A stretch of 62,249 nt of DNA, filler included, from Bipalium vagum (Eukaryota), in NCBI GenBank assembly GCA_037834085.1. It is 3 parts of 3 records of this genome, joined end to end, with 100 filler letters (N's around TTAATTAATTAA, not from the genome) between each part and the next. Parts side by side here need not be neighbours in the genome. Positions count along the whole stretch, not along the records: positions 1 to 24,223 come from JBBMKC010201939.1; 2 more parts are not named here. One strand, written 5' to 3'. The position numbers and the translations under genes were made by a program. Positions 1 through 13,024 of the stretch are shown here, piece by piece (the stretch's first letter is position 1; the number at the start of each line of letters is the position of its first letter). The notes beneath the pieces are model-generated. The model was not told the origin of the DNA. It saw nothing but the letters and a program-made list of their open reading frames with translations, and made no database searches.

Positions 1-78
1 TGCTGAAATTGGATGGCGTACTGCAAGCGCTGATGAGTATCCTGGGGTTTCAAAGATTGGACCATTCGAATTTTATAA
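1..78 (+). CDS. Probable upstream exon of the GPCR (truncated by window edge)
   Basis: GC-richer block ending at donor A|GTATAT (79). Frame 3 is open (LKLDGVLQALMSILGFQRLDHSNFI). The leftover A joins TG at 253 to give ATG in the GPCR frame across an AT-rich 174-nt GT-AG intron (79-252). Confidence 0.55.
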
Positions 79-252
79 GTATATTTATATATTTTATATT
101 TATATCAATTTTAATTTTAAGGTTTTAATAATGCTTATTTAAAATAATAATAATAATAATAATAATATATAAATTTTAAATAATAATTTAAATAAAAAAA
201 TAATAAACTATTTATTTTAATATTAGAAAAAAATATAAGTGAATATTTTTAG

Positions 253-1376
253 TGACCACCATGACTCTGATGACCCAAGATACCAGTCAGACTATGGCCA
301 CAATAATCATGTTATCGTTTACATTTATCTTTGGCGGAATAGGAAATGCTTTGGTTATAGTCGTATATACTCGAAAGCACGATCATCTGACAACGACCCT
401 CTTCATCAACATTCTGGCAATTGTGGACTGCTTCACCTGTGTGGTGATTATTCCCATGACGATATATGTTGAATATTGGGAATGGGGTTTTTCCAATGTG
501 TTCCTGTGTAAAATATACTATTTCTTTAACAATTGTACCATTCCATTCAGCGCTCTGCTCATAAGTCTGATCGCTATTGATCGCTACATGTGCATCTGTC
601 ATCCATTTAATAAATTCTTTACCCTTTCACGATCAAAAATATCGATCACGTTAGCTTTGATTTTGTCTCTGCTGATCGGAGCAGCATCCGTATTTCAAAT
701 GAAGATCATTTCTAGCGGAAAGATGGTCAACTCCTCAAACCCTTTATACTCAAAAAACGATAAACACGAATGTGCTGAAGTTTCGAAGATAAACAATTCG
801 ACAATTTCCGATAAGATCTTCTTCAATATTGTCCAGAAAAGTCAACTCATCATCTATACCCTTTGTATTGTAATAGTCATTCTTTTGTACATTGCTATAT
901 ATTATACTGTACTCAAAAGCAGGAGTAAGAAGAAAAAGTTGAAAGGATCCAATATAACAAACAAACCAACGTATTTGTGGAACAATTCGAAAACCAACAG
1001 TAACAACCAAAATCAATCGGAATTTTCCATAAAGCTGCCGGAATGTGATCTTCTATCATCTTCCAAGTCCACACCATGCTCGAAAACCTTTCTCACAGTT
1101 CCAAAACCGGAAGCCAGACGTGTTTCATTAAAAAGCATCTGTGACACTCAGATATTTCAGAACTTTCGTACAGCGGCCATGCTGTTTGTGGTGGCCATCA
1201 TGTATATAATTTCGTTCCTCCCAGCATTTTTGATGATAATCAAAGTCGTACAATTGTATCTGCCTATTTTCTACATGTATTATTTGAACAATGCCGTCAA
1301 TCCTATCATCTATTGTTTCATGAACGCAAGGTTCCGAGAAGATATCAGAGTTCTTTGGGCATCGTTTCACAACTGA
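253..1376 (+). CDS. Class A (rhodopsin-like) GPCR, probably neuropeptide-receptor-like; main coding exon with all 7 TMs (ATG at 261 in CCACCATG, or spliced from upstream exon 1-78)
   Basis: 374-codon ORF with TM1 GN, TM2 LAIVD, TM3 Cys (CKIYY) and AIDRY, ECL2 Cys, basic ICL3, TM6 SFLP, TM7 NNAVNPIIY and helix-8 NARFR. Acceptor TTTTTAG ends at 252. Confidence 0.95.
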
Positions 1377-2639
1377 TTTAAACCTTTTACAGGGGTACAT
1401 AATTCGATCCCTGTTCCTTTCAATTGAGAGTGTGGATTTTTTGTCAAGGGTACCTTTGTACATATCCTGATCACAGAGAACGGTTGCTGGTGTTAAAGTG
1501 TTTTAAAGTCAAAAGAAAAGAAAAACCATTTTCAAAACTGATACCAATAGAAAATTAGTACATAATTTCCTCTATTTCAACTGTTAATATTAAAAAACCA
1601 TAGTCAGAATGGTTATTATCATTTTTTATCATTATTAATAATTATTTTGCAACTTTGTGCAAAAATCAATGATTATTACGATTATTAAAACAAATCCTGG
1701 AATTATTTAATTAATAATTAATAAAATTATGTCAGTGACGGAAAACATACTGTATATTGTTAACGCATACCCTATATGTTCTGGATGAACTGTCATAAAA
1801 AATTTCAGACTGTGTTAATCAATATTTATTATTTATTATAAATAAATCATTTTTTTAATTAGCTCTTTTTCAGTGCTGGTGAATATATCAAATTATAATG
1901 ATTTTTTACACTTCGTTTTGATACTGCTTTTCTCAAGCAGGATCTCATTACATTTTGTCCCAGATTATAAAAAGTATTTCAACTCGAACGTTTCATTGAA
2001 AAAAAAGGAAAATGATTGCCTTTTTATATAATGATAAAATAACTATTTATTTTTACGATAATATTTTAATAATTTACAAAGTGCAAAATAATAGTTTAAA
2101 ATGGCAAGATGAGGAAAAAGTGGATTTTTCTGTTTATAAGAAAGAGTAATAGTCTTTTTAGATTTTTTTATTATTTATAGGATCATTAATAAAATATTAT
2201 TTTAAATATTTAATTTTATATTTCAGTTCAAAAGATGGAAATGTGGTATAGGCGAAAAAGAAATGGACTTCATCGTATTTTAATGAATAAATAAAAAATC
2301 AAGAGGAAAAAGAAAAAAAATGAAAATATTTTATGAAAGTTTAGTAGAGAAATTTTATAGTCCGTGATGTGTAGTTCGAGATCGAAACCGAAATATTTTA
2401 ATATTGTATTAAACACCATTTTCTGATAAAATCCATTTAACCTTCATTTTTATAACTAAGCTTATTAGCTGCGATTTCAACAAATTCAGACATCATTTTA
2501 TAAAGATTTATTGATAGAATTAAAAATAATAATACTTAAACAAACTTCACAAATTCAATAAATTAATAATTAATGCGCCCTTCTTATAATATTTAATTGT
2601 ATAATATATAATTTCGTTTTCTAATTACGTTTTAAAGAG

Positions 2640-2949
2640 GTTTGGAATGAGTAAAAATGATTGGTGTACACACATTAAGGCCTTGAGCAGATTTTCTCAC
2701 CATACTATGTGTATCTTTTTCAACAGCTGACTTTAATTGGGCTTTATTTTGGAAAGAAACCGGTTTTCTGCATTCTTTATTTTGGAAATTGAGGTCACCG
2801 CCTCGAAACTTTTTGAATCACATTTGTGTTCCTCGTTCACTTACAATACCACCACCATAAGTTATATTAATGTTTAAACTTACTTTGGATGTATTGGGCT
2901 TTAGCTTGAAGTCGTACAATATGTATATCATAAATTGATATACAGCCAT
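2640..2949 (-). mobile_element. Mariner transposase N-terminal relic (HTH region)
   Basis: ILYDFKLKPNTSKVSLNINITYGGGIVSERGTQM*FKKFRGGD...LKSAVEKD resembles the mariner ILYEFKLG...WFKKFRSGD...LKAAVE N-terminus; internal stop. Confidence 0.8.
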
Positions 2950-3327
2950 GCCTAGAGAACAACGAAAAGAATTATATTTTAAATTAATGTTTATATTTAA
3001 ATTTATATTAAGGTTAGAAAATCTCTCTTTGATTAGATATATATATATAAACAAAAGATCCAATTAAAACCTATTGAAACTCATACCGATCATATTTATT
3101 ATCTTTCTACATGCTTCTAAGAAAATATTTGATTCACAATAGATTTTGGAAGTTATTTTTCTTCAGTGTTTAACTTTTTAGTTAGAAGCTGAAGAAAATC
3201 AATTTTTATTCACACTTTAAAATTCACACTTTTAAAATATAATATAAATGATATATTTATTTAATTCTTTAATTTTTTGCAAAGTACGTTGAAATAATAA
3301 TTTTACCAACATTTATTAATATTATTA

Positions 3328-4207
3328 CCGTATTTGCCGGGCTATAGGACAATACGTTGATTGATTAATATATTTTATTAAATTAAATAGAAAAATTATA
3401 GCTCTTCATTATATATAAAATATTACATTCGCTTATACTATCATTATCACCGTCTTTCTTAAGTATTCCAGCCTTAATAAATCCTTTAATCATTGTTGAA
3501 GCCTTTTCTTTCATCCATGCTTCCACAATTCATTGGTATAATGTGAAATGTGTAGGTTGCTCATTTCTGTCAGCCTCTTGATGTGAAAGTATGCTAATAA
3601 TTGAAGAAACTTTCAGTTGTCTCAACATGATTACATAGCATTTGCTGTGCGATTATTGTTCTTGCACAGATTGGTAGAGATATCCTGTTTATAAATCTTG
3701 AGCCCCAGAAATAATTTGCAGATTCACTTAGATTAAGCAAGTGATTTCACCTTTCAATCTTATGCTGATAGTGGATAAGCTTCTGTTCAGTGTTCTTTCC
3801 GTACGTCTCCACTGCTCAAGAATATTTTCAAGCTAGGGATCTCGCTTCATTTCTATGAAAACTGGATTTGGTCTTTTTACTTACCTCTTGCTTACGTAAA
3901 TTTCGAATCATCAATTCGTTTACGAAATATTTCGTAGCCTGCTCTTCGCTTTCAAATCTTCTTGCCTACCTCAATTGCGCTCAATTTAAATGCTGAGAAA
4001 TATGAAATTCGTTCATTGACTAAACATTTATGTAAATGTAAAATATGTAAACGAGAATGTACTAAATAGATTTAATAAAAAGTGTTTCCTTTATGAATTT
4101 TAAGTAAAATAACTTAATACATAAGACGCACCGAGATTGTAAGACGCATATCGTAAAATTAAATAAAAATCGGTTTTAAAGTTCGCCCTAAAGTCGGGAA
4201 AATACGG
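3328..4207 (-). mobile_element. Internally deleted pogo-type DNA transposon with Brinker-like DBD and CENPB-HTH relics
   Basis: TIRs CCGTATTTGCCGGGCTATAGG (3328) and reverse complement CCGTATTTTCCCGACTTTAGG (ends 4207), each flanked by TA. Subterminal TAAGACGCA occurs twice (~4122-4148). Frameshifted RISYFSAFKLSAIE..ATKYFVNELMIRNLRKQE and RFINRISLPICARTIIAQQM. Confidence 0.85.
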
Positions 4208-6121
4208 TATTATAAAATTATTTTCACGATTGAATTATTTAATAAACTTTATTTATTTATATTTTCAATTAATTATTTTGTTCAGCATTTATTTTATTTT
4301 TTTCTTCTTAATTTTTTTTATATTGATTTCTTTGGTTATTTTTCTTATTTTATATTTCTCTTCCGATTAAAATATTTTTAATGATAATATTATAAATATA
4401 AAAAATTTAAATTATATTATATAATATAAAATATTAAAAAATTATATTCCACTTTTAATCTATCAGATTATGAAGACTTTTAGCCTTTCATTCTGAATGT
4501 TAAAAGAAAATTAATGAATTAATTAAGTCATTTTGAGATTTTAAAATTTCACTTTTAGGATTAATTATTGCTTAATTTTTATTGAAATGAAAAGTTATTG
4601 TAGTTTTGGTCCTTAATCATTTATTTCAATTATCGTTCTTCTATTTCAACAAAAATAAATTAAAAGTATTTTTAAATTCATCTAATAAATCTATTGTATA
4701 CTTAGGAAATAAAAATACATTTGTAACGATCAAAGTTTAATTAATATTAAATAATAAATAATAAATCATAAATATTTTTAAAATAAATTTTAAAGTAATA
4801 TATTAAAATTAAATCCTTAATGTAAAATAAAATTTTTTTAATAATTTTTATAAATTTTAAGGTTAAATAATTAAATTAATGCTAATAAAAGTTTCAGGCA
4901 ATTAATTTGTTAAGAGGATAATTATTCAAACTATATAATTATTTTCATTGAATGAAAGTGTAACTAAATCTTGACCTTATGAATTCAGAAACTGTTGATA
5001 ACGTCGCAGTAACTAACAACCTTATTTCTATCTAGAAATTAATCACTAATTTTGAATATTCTTTAATTTTAGAAATTAATTTCAATAAATTATTTAATAA
5101 ATTATTTTAAAAAATATTTAATTAATATTATAATCAATTTTTTCATTAAATCTTTAATCAATTATCCAAGTAAATATTAAATCAATTATTAATAATTTAT
5201 TTATTTAATCAATAATTTTATAATTATTTAATCATTTATATAAGCAAGTATTTAATCAATTATTTATTTAATTATTTAATAAATTATTAAATCAGTACTA
5301 ATTAAAATGATGACATTTTTCCGAAAAGCTTTAGTTTTATTTTCTATTTCCTCCTGTTTTTTTAACTTCATTAGTCTTTTTAATAAAATAATATCAAAAC
5401 GTATTACCAAATAATTTTTCCTTTCATTTACTAAATGCAAATATTCAATTTTTGAGCTGAGATTAAATCAAAGCTTTAAAATAAAAATTAATATTGTATT
5501 TATAAATTAAATAGTAATATTTGAAGGATACAGATACAATCTCAATTTCATTTATTTTTTATTATTATTTTTGAAATTCTGAATATTTATGTATAAAATG
5601 AATGAATTTATAAATTTCTGAATTTATATTTTAAAAATAAAAATATTATTATTAAATATAAAAAATAATATTTTAAAATCTGATGGATTTTTTCATTCGT
5701 AACTTTTAAGGATCTTTTTTGAAGTTACTGTCACATTTTCTGATTACCAGGGGATGTTACCAGATGCACCTACCTTCCAATTGGACACGCCTATCTATGC
5801 AGATATCCAGAAAACAAAATAATCCATAAATGCGACAGTTAAATCAAATTTCAAATTTATTTTCAAAATAGAGTGGAATGAAAATAAGTATTGAATAGAA
5901 ATATGGAAAAAACAGATGGTTAGTGTGTTAAACTTCTGAGCAATAAAAGGAAAACCTGTCTCAAAATATAATATTGAAATTTGATTTAACTGTTGTATTA
6001 ATAAGTTGTTTTATTTTCTAGAAATTCGAAGACCTTGGCATTTCATGAACCAACTCTTGTGTGACCTGTCAAGACCGTTAGTATATCATCTGATAGGCCG
6101 AACGATATTGTGTCACTGAGG

Positions 6122-6219
6122 TCAGAGTTGCCAGGATGCTGTTCTTGGCGTGAATAATAGTTCATTGAAATTGGAGTCAGATTCTGTGCTCTCATTGCTA
6201 GTATTTGGATCGAAGTCGC
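6122..6219 (-). CDS. Candidate terminal coding exon of an orphan minus-strand gene
   Basis: Acceptor TTTATTTTCCAATCACAG in a GC-richer island. Phase-1 reading (G)DFDPNTSNESTESDSNFNELLFTPRTASWQL*; the phase-0 reading is also open, to 6043. Confidence 0.35.
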
Positions 6220-6429
6220 CTGTGATTGGAAAATAAATCCAGCGAATAACATCTCGTGGTCGTCAGAAAATCATGAGAAAATGCGGCAGTTAAATCAGAA
6301 TAGATCCAAAATAACAGTTAATTGACTTCTATGTTACAATTTAAATAATTTAAATGAAAATTTAGGTATTATTAAATAATAATAATTAATAATAATTGGA
6401 TTATTTTATATGATAATGATTTTAACAAA

Positions 6430-7390
6430 TACCTAACAAAAATCCCTTTTAACAACCTCGAAGACTCTTTTCGATCTAAATATATGCCAAACTTCGAATT
6501 GTGACTAAAACTGGATAAAAAATTCTTGGAAGCAAAAACTTGTTGACTGCCACTTTTCACATCATCAACCGATTTAAAGTACTGTCTTTTAAAGAAATGA
6601 GCCATTGAACGGAACAAAAGAATATCACATGTCGCAAGGTCTGGACTGTAAGCCAAATGAAAGAGAACTTCAATCTCTAGCTCTTTATACTTTTGTTTCG
6701 TTGGGAAGTCGTGTGTGGTTTTGCATTGTTATGCTGGAAGATGAACGCTTTGAATTAATGATATGTAACGTTCTTTTAAATTTTCATTAACTCTTTCCAG
6801 TTGTTGGAAATTCAGATCAGGTTTGATAGTCTGACCATCAGGAATTAGTTCATTGTGAATTATCCGCACAAAATTCCATCACTTGCAAAGTATCACCTTT
6901 TTATCAAAATCTGTTAGCCTTTGGTATAGGAACTCCAGGTTGGTCTGGCAATATTCATTGTTTTTGTCTGTTTTGGTGGTTAAAATACATACATTTTTCA
7001 TCATTCGTAACAATTCTCCTTATAAATCGATCATCCCAAAAACTTGAAAGTATTTTTTTCAAATTTCACTTTGGTGTTCTTGTTGTTGTGAATTCAGCTT
7101 ATGGGTACATTACTGCAGTATCTTCTGAAGATAAATTTCTTGTACTTGTTATTGAATTTGAATTGACAGAATCAAAAGCAGTTGGTGATCCTCTATAAAG
7201 TGCATAGCCAAGGCTATTTTTTAACTTTTTGAACCATTTTTGCAGTCCGAATTGATACTGAAACCTTCAATTCACAATTCTTCCTTGGTGTATCTATTGC
7301 TTCCCAGGGTTTTTTTAGTAATATCTCAGAATGATTCTGATTTCAATGGATAAGTAACTCATTTTGAAAGTGAATACATTATTAAAATTT
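6430..7390 (-). mobile_element. Degraded near-full-length mariner
   Basis: AYSPDLATCDILLFRSMAHFF..FKSVDDVK is the YSPDLAPSD motif. N-terminal IRIILRYY near 7330; many stops. Confidence 0.85.
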
Positions 7391-7883
7391 CAAAATAAAT
7401 ACACTTTTTAAAATATGAAAACAATCAGCATAATTTATATAATATTGATTAATGATTATTTCGATATTTGAAACATATATATATATACATTAAATTGTCC
7501 ATTAAAAAAATTACATTTATATTTTATTTATATACAGAAAACAATATATTGTTAATATTTTTCATATACTTATAATATCTCATAGAGAAAAATTGTAAAA
7601 AAATTATTATGACTCACCCAGATAAAATAAAATTTGAAAATTGTAAAAAAAATTATATTCTTAATTTTTATATTAATAAAAAATTCGAAATATTTTTATT
7701 TGAAATTGCTCATCACTGTTATTTTTCCACACATTATTTTGTCATAATATTTTGTCTTTATGTTATTGCTGTTATTGTTCCTTTAGAGCACGCTCAAGAG
7801 TGTAAATGATACTATTACATTTTCAAAAATATCACATAAAATTTAGCTATATTTTCTTAATATTTTTATCTTATTTATATTTT

Positions 7884-8102
7884 NNNNNNNNNNNNNNNNN
7901 NNNNNNNNNNNNNNNNNNNNNNNNNNNNNNNNNNNNNNNNNNNNNNNNNNNNNNNNNNNNNNNNNNNNNNNNNNNNNNNNNNNNNNNNNNNNNNNNNNNN
8001 NNNNNNNNNNNNNNNNNNNNNNNNNNNNNNNNNNNNNNNNNNNNNNNNNNNNNNNNNNNNNNNNNNNNNNNNNNNNNNNNNNNNNNNNNNNNNNNNNNNN
8101 NN
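7884..8102. other. Assembly gap (N run); further gaps at 8941-9128 and 44695-44823
   Basis: Runs of N. Confidence 0.99.
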
Positions 8103-9499
8103 GAAAGTAATTTTCAATTATTTTTCCATTTGATTTTGTCTTCATATAAGTACCGTAACATAGATTTTTCAGTATAGATAAAAAATTCAAAAAAATGTTC
8201 ATTAAAATTGATATTAATTTTTTTAATTTATCCACAAATGAAAGAAAATAAATTTTTATTGTAAATGATAGAGAAAAATATAGAGATTTTGGCATGAGAC
8301 CATCTATCTTTATCCTTAAGTGGGACATTTTTGATATAATCAAATTTACAATAGGCCCATATAAAATAATAAATATTCATTAGGATTAATAAAAATTAAT
8401 GAAAGTGGAAAAGATTGATAATTGATGTCTGAAATCTCCTGCCTAATAATTATATTTGACATTATATTTCTTTTAAAATTCTCAACTTTATTTTTTTGAT
8501 CTCAGAGGGAAAAATAATTTTTTCAATGTTTTCCTCTCAGAGCTTTCGGGGAAAAAGTGAGAAAGAGAAATTCTCGTTTAATATATTGAAGAAGAAAAGT
8601 TTTTAAAAATTTATTGAAAAAAAATAAATTTCGAAAAAGATTTTTATTTTTTCAATTGTTTTATTTTCATTTTCAATTTTCAATTACACTTGACAGCCAT
8701 TAAATTGCTTTCCTGATGTCAGCGACAAACGTCAGACTTAATAAAGGGGATAAAATATGTATCATTAACTTAAAATGTAAATCACCAGCTCGTACGAAAT
8801 ATGAAAATATATTAAGGAAATTCAATACCTGCAATAAAATATGTGGAATTGTTGCGCTCGGTAATATACAATTTCATGAAATAATATTTGAAAATTATTT
8901 TAAAAATTTACCATTATTATAATTTTTTACTATTATTACTNNNNNNNNNNNNNNNNNNNNNNNNNNNNNNNNNNNNNNNNNNNNNNNNNNNNNNNNNNNN
9001 NNNNNNNNNNNNNNNNNNNNNNNNNNNNNNNNNNNNNNNNNNNNNNNNNNNNNNNNNNNNNNNNNNNNNNNNNNNNNNNNNNNNNNNNNNNNNNNNNNNN
9101 NNNNNNNNNNNNNNNNNNNNNNNNNNNNATTATCGAATTTCTCAATATTTAAGATTAACAAAACTTAGATTATTTGATATTTTAAAGATTTATAGTATTA
9201 AATTCCAAAACGAAATTTTGTAAAAAATTGTTTGAAAATAATAAAGGCACATTAATTTATTGAATAAACCGTTGTTTTAATAACAGATTTTGTTAAGTTT
9301 TTTAAAAAAATAAAATTTTATACAAAAAATGTCTTCTCCTGATATTGTGGCTAATAATAATAATACAGATAATAAAATACAATAATCATATTTTAAAATT
9401 ATACAAATATAATATAATATAATAGATTTAGATTTTATATATTATTTTGTGAGAAAACTCACTTGAATTTTAATTTATGATTTGAAAACAAAGACATGT

Positions 9500-10235
9500 C
9501 CACAATATTTATTTATTTTCAAAATTTTATCCTTTAGCTTCCTTTTAACGACGGAAGGCTTTTACACAAAAATTGATTGACATATTGGTAAATGCATCAA
9601 CGGTTCTTTGTTTCAAATCTTGCAATGACAGAATTCGTTGTGAATAAACTATCTACTTAATATGCTATCTACATAAATATCTAAACAAAAAACTACATAT
9701 AGGTAAGCCCAATGACCTTGGTGAAAACAATAACTTCTCTTCTACCAATTCATTTTCCATGAAAATTTTGCCACAGCCATTTTCGAAATGCTAAAGACTT
9801 ATGTGCAGGAACGCTTTTTTGCAGTAAGACCTTAAAGGAAGTTAATGGTGATTGATTAAAAGCTGACCAAAAACAGGGTTTCAACATATCCAAGTAATTA
9901 GTGCCTGTCACATTTTTGGAGAAGAAATAGGGCCCAATCAAGTCACCAACTTAATGATGTATTTTGGTTTTATTTCAACAGTTGATTAATCTTTTCATCT
10001 AAAAATTTCCCACTAACTTTGTTGAAGTCCACTTTTGTATGTACTCAAAACACTTCAAGATTTTAAGAATCTTTTAATATTGTATAAATCGTTGATCTAT
10101 TTGGTGGATCAATATTTATTTCCGGTTTCTACATTTTTGAATTGCTAAGGGTGTGTTAAATTTATATTTCAATTCAACGATTTTAACTTGTTCTGCAACA
10201 CTAAGTCTGTCATTGCTCGACAATCGATGCATAAT
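9500..10235 (-). mobile_element. Tc1/mariner-superfamily relic, DUF4817-HTH type
   Basis: IGPYFFSKNVTGTNYLDML...PAHKSLAFRKWL.QNFHGK*IGRR, plus N-terminal EQVKIVELKYKF...PPNRSTIY. Confidence 0.75.
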
Positions 10236-10310
10236 CTAAAATAAAAATAATTATTTTGTAATTTTAAATGTAACATGTCAACGTAACAATAATTCGGCTA
10301 GATAAAACTA

Positions 10311-10868
10311 TTAGGTTGGGGCAAAAATAATGTCGTATTTTGGCAAGTCATTCATTTTAATAAGTGTTTTGTTTGAATATTCAATATATTTTTATAAATT
10401 TTTTAATTTAAAATTTTTACAAATTTTATGATAAATTACTTAAAATATTTCTTAATTATCCTTTTTTAGGCGATTTAACCGAATATGGAAAAATATCAAT
10501 ATTGTACCATTTTTGTTTGAATACAAATTAGGCACAAATGCTACCGAAACGGATCGCAAAATGAATAATGCATTTGGTCCTGCAACTGTCAATCAGCGAA
10601 TGGTTCAACATTGGTTTAAACGGTTTCTTCAGGGAAATGATACCCTTGAAGATGAGCATGGTCGCGGTCGTTCAAGTAAAGTTGACAATGATAAATTAAA
10701 GAAGAAAATCGAAGCTGATTCGTCAAAATCCAAATGGGAAGTCGAAGCGGAACTTGCGGATGATCATGCAACAGTACTTCGTCATTTAGAATAGATTGAA
10801 AGGTGAAAAAGATGGATAAGTGGGTGCCACATGACCTGAGCGAAAAACAAAAAATCGTCGTTTCGAGT
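10311..10868 (+). mobile_element. 5' half of a cecropia/Hsmar1-like mariner with left TIR
   Basis: TA + TTAGGTTGGGGCAAAAATAATGTCGT TIR. ATG 10485, FEYKLGTNATET...WFKRF...GRGRSSKVDNDKLK...HLE*, then KMDKWVPHDL; truncated afterwards. Confidence 0.9.
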
Positions 10869-11533
10869 AAATATTCAGAGATGTATTACACTTTAAATTT
10901 GTAAAGCCAGTTAATTGATAGCCTGTGTATTACATAAAATTGAAATTCATCTAATGTAATGCTATTTTTATTAACTATTAGAATAAAACAGCCATTAAAA
11001 GTTACTAAAACAAAATATATAAAATAATATTTGAAATTAAAATAATCTTTATTTTCTGTAACATTAAATTACTGTCACCCGAATATTCATTTATTAAAAA
11101 ATCAGACAAGTCGTTACAAGAGATCAAATAAAGGTCACACCCATGTAAATAATTGTTAATAAGATATTATTGCATAATTTGGTTTTTTAAATAGGTCCTG
11201 GTCGAAGGAATAACATCACTTCTCTCCATTTTCTTATGTTGGGGAATTTTACAGATTCCTATATTTTCTATACCGGATCTTTTGTAACTGTTAGGGGTTT
11301 CAAAGAGCCTCTCATCATTGAGAGGAAGTGTGATTGAAAGGTTGATGAATGATTTAATTAATGAAATAGATCACTACAATAATTACATTTGTGCCTGACA
11401 TAGTGTAAATATTTCTATAAATGGAAAGTATTATGTATAAATATAACAAATTCATACAGTTAAAAAGTAGCTAAAGGCAATTCAAGAATTAGCATAAAGA
11501 TGGTGAGGTGATATGGAAGAGGTTTATATAATA

Positions 11534-12330
11534 TTAGCGTGATTCATCAGTAATTTCGTTTATTATTTAAAATAGTAAAAATAAAAACAAATTGAATCAA
11601 TAGTTTTAACCCATCTATCTGCTAGTTGTCGGGTGCCTTGTTGGTACCATTCCTAATCCTTGGACCTGAAAAACTCTTGGCACCTCATTTCGATCTCGTC
11701 CAAGTTATTGAATCTACGCCCTTGGAGAAAATGTACCAGTGTTCGAAAAAGATGATAATCCGATGGGGCAAGATTATGCTGGATGTGGTAACAGTTTAAT
11801 AAATTCACATTCCCTGATTTTTTTCGATTGTTTTCTTGGCAGTGAGCTATTTTGCATTATCTTACTGTAAGACCACTCGTTTTCGATGCCGGATATTTCA
11901 GCTTTTATTTTTGAAATATTCGATCCAATTGAGAACAATATAAGTCTGCGTAATTTACTATTTGGAATCAATTCGAAGTGGATCATGCCTTCAGAATTCC
12001 TCCAAAATCACAATCGGTGTCTTTTTGGGACAGGTTCTGCCACTTGCCCAGTGTCTAACCACTAATTATTTTGGTGAGTATTTAATGAAACGATCATCCA
12101 GCGGATTTTCTAGTAGCTTTCTACACGTTACCATACATCGCTTTCCCTGATTTTTGGTCAAATCGTGAGGTACTTCTCTACATCGTTTGTTGATCTTACC
12201 GATTGCTTTAAGATGTCGGAAAACTGTTTCTTGGGAAATACCTAGATCAGCAGTCAATATTCAAGTGCTAGTCGATGTTTTGATTTTAACAACATTGAGT
12301 AGCGCTTCTTAATAACTCTTCTTAACCGCC
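11534..12330 (-). mobile_element. Mariner relic (3' two-thirds with terminal TIR)
   Basis: HLKAIGK..CREVPHDLT, IHFELIP and LPHPA*SCP/LAPSDYHLFR motifs. TA-TTAGCGTGATTCATCAGTAATTTCG TIR-like end at 11534. Confidence 0.85.
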
Positions 12331-12339
12331 GTTAAAAGC

Positions 12340-13024
12340 AGATGATTGGGCAGATATTTTGTCTTTGATCGAGAGACCTAGACACCTTAAAAACTTTTCA
12401 TTCTCAGGGTTGTATCTATAGATAGCATCCTACATTAAAGAGATCGATCTCAACTAAGTAACCATTCTGAATCGCAATATTTTTTTATGTAAAATCTCTA
12501 TTACCTCCCAGAGATGGTTTCATTTTTCATATGGCAGCTGTTCAAAGTTCGGTGAACAGAATCTTTTGAGATTTTTAGCTCAGGACTTGCTTGTCTTACA
12601 GATGTTTGTGGGCTTTGATTACAAAATTCTAGTATTATTTCTTTTTTGTTGGACTTGTCAATACTCACCGTTCTCCATAACGGTTCTTGTTGACATTATT
12701 AATATTTCCATCTTTTCGAATTTATCTTTTATTCGACTAATTTTCAGTCTTGTTGAAGAATCTATATGAAATTCTTTCTTGAAAAGGATCCAAACTATTT
12801 TATGTTTTCAAACTTTAAGTCATTTTTATAGTAATTTTTCGCTGCTCAAAGTTCAACCTACCTTTCATTATTCAACCTTTACAAATACATTTATGGGTTT
12901 AAAATAGCGGTAATTTCTTACCAGTTATTGGACTATTTAAACAAACTATAAAACAAGTAATAAGGACTTATAATTACTTAACGATTTATATTTAAAGTGT
13001 GTATACATTTTTTGAGACACCTTG
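12340..13024 (-). mobile_element. Tc1-like DUF4817-type transposon, 5' part with TIR
   Basis: TIR-like CAAGGTGTCTCAAAAAATGTATACACAC (13024, minus strand). ATG 12868 MKGRLNFEQRK...KEFHIDSSTRLKISRIKDKFEK, frameshifted. Confidence 0.75.

Noticed and set aside
30-70. CTGATGA hammerhead core candidates (also 269, 18971 and minus strand ~31630)
   Set aside because: No stem II plus GAAA partner.
312-1463. Antisense ORFs over the GPCR (similar ones overlap PIGO)
   Set aside because: Shadows of the real coding strand with no motifs.
7806-9223. ORFs spanning N runs
   Set aside because: They are open only because of assembly gaps.
11195-11340. GC-richer island open on both strands
   Set aside because: No consistent splice pair or recognisable motif; strand cannot be decided.
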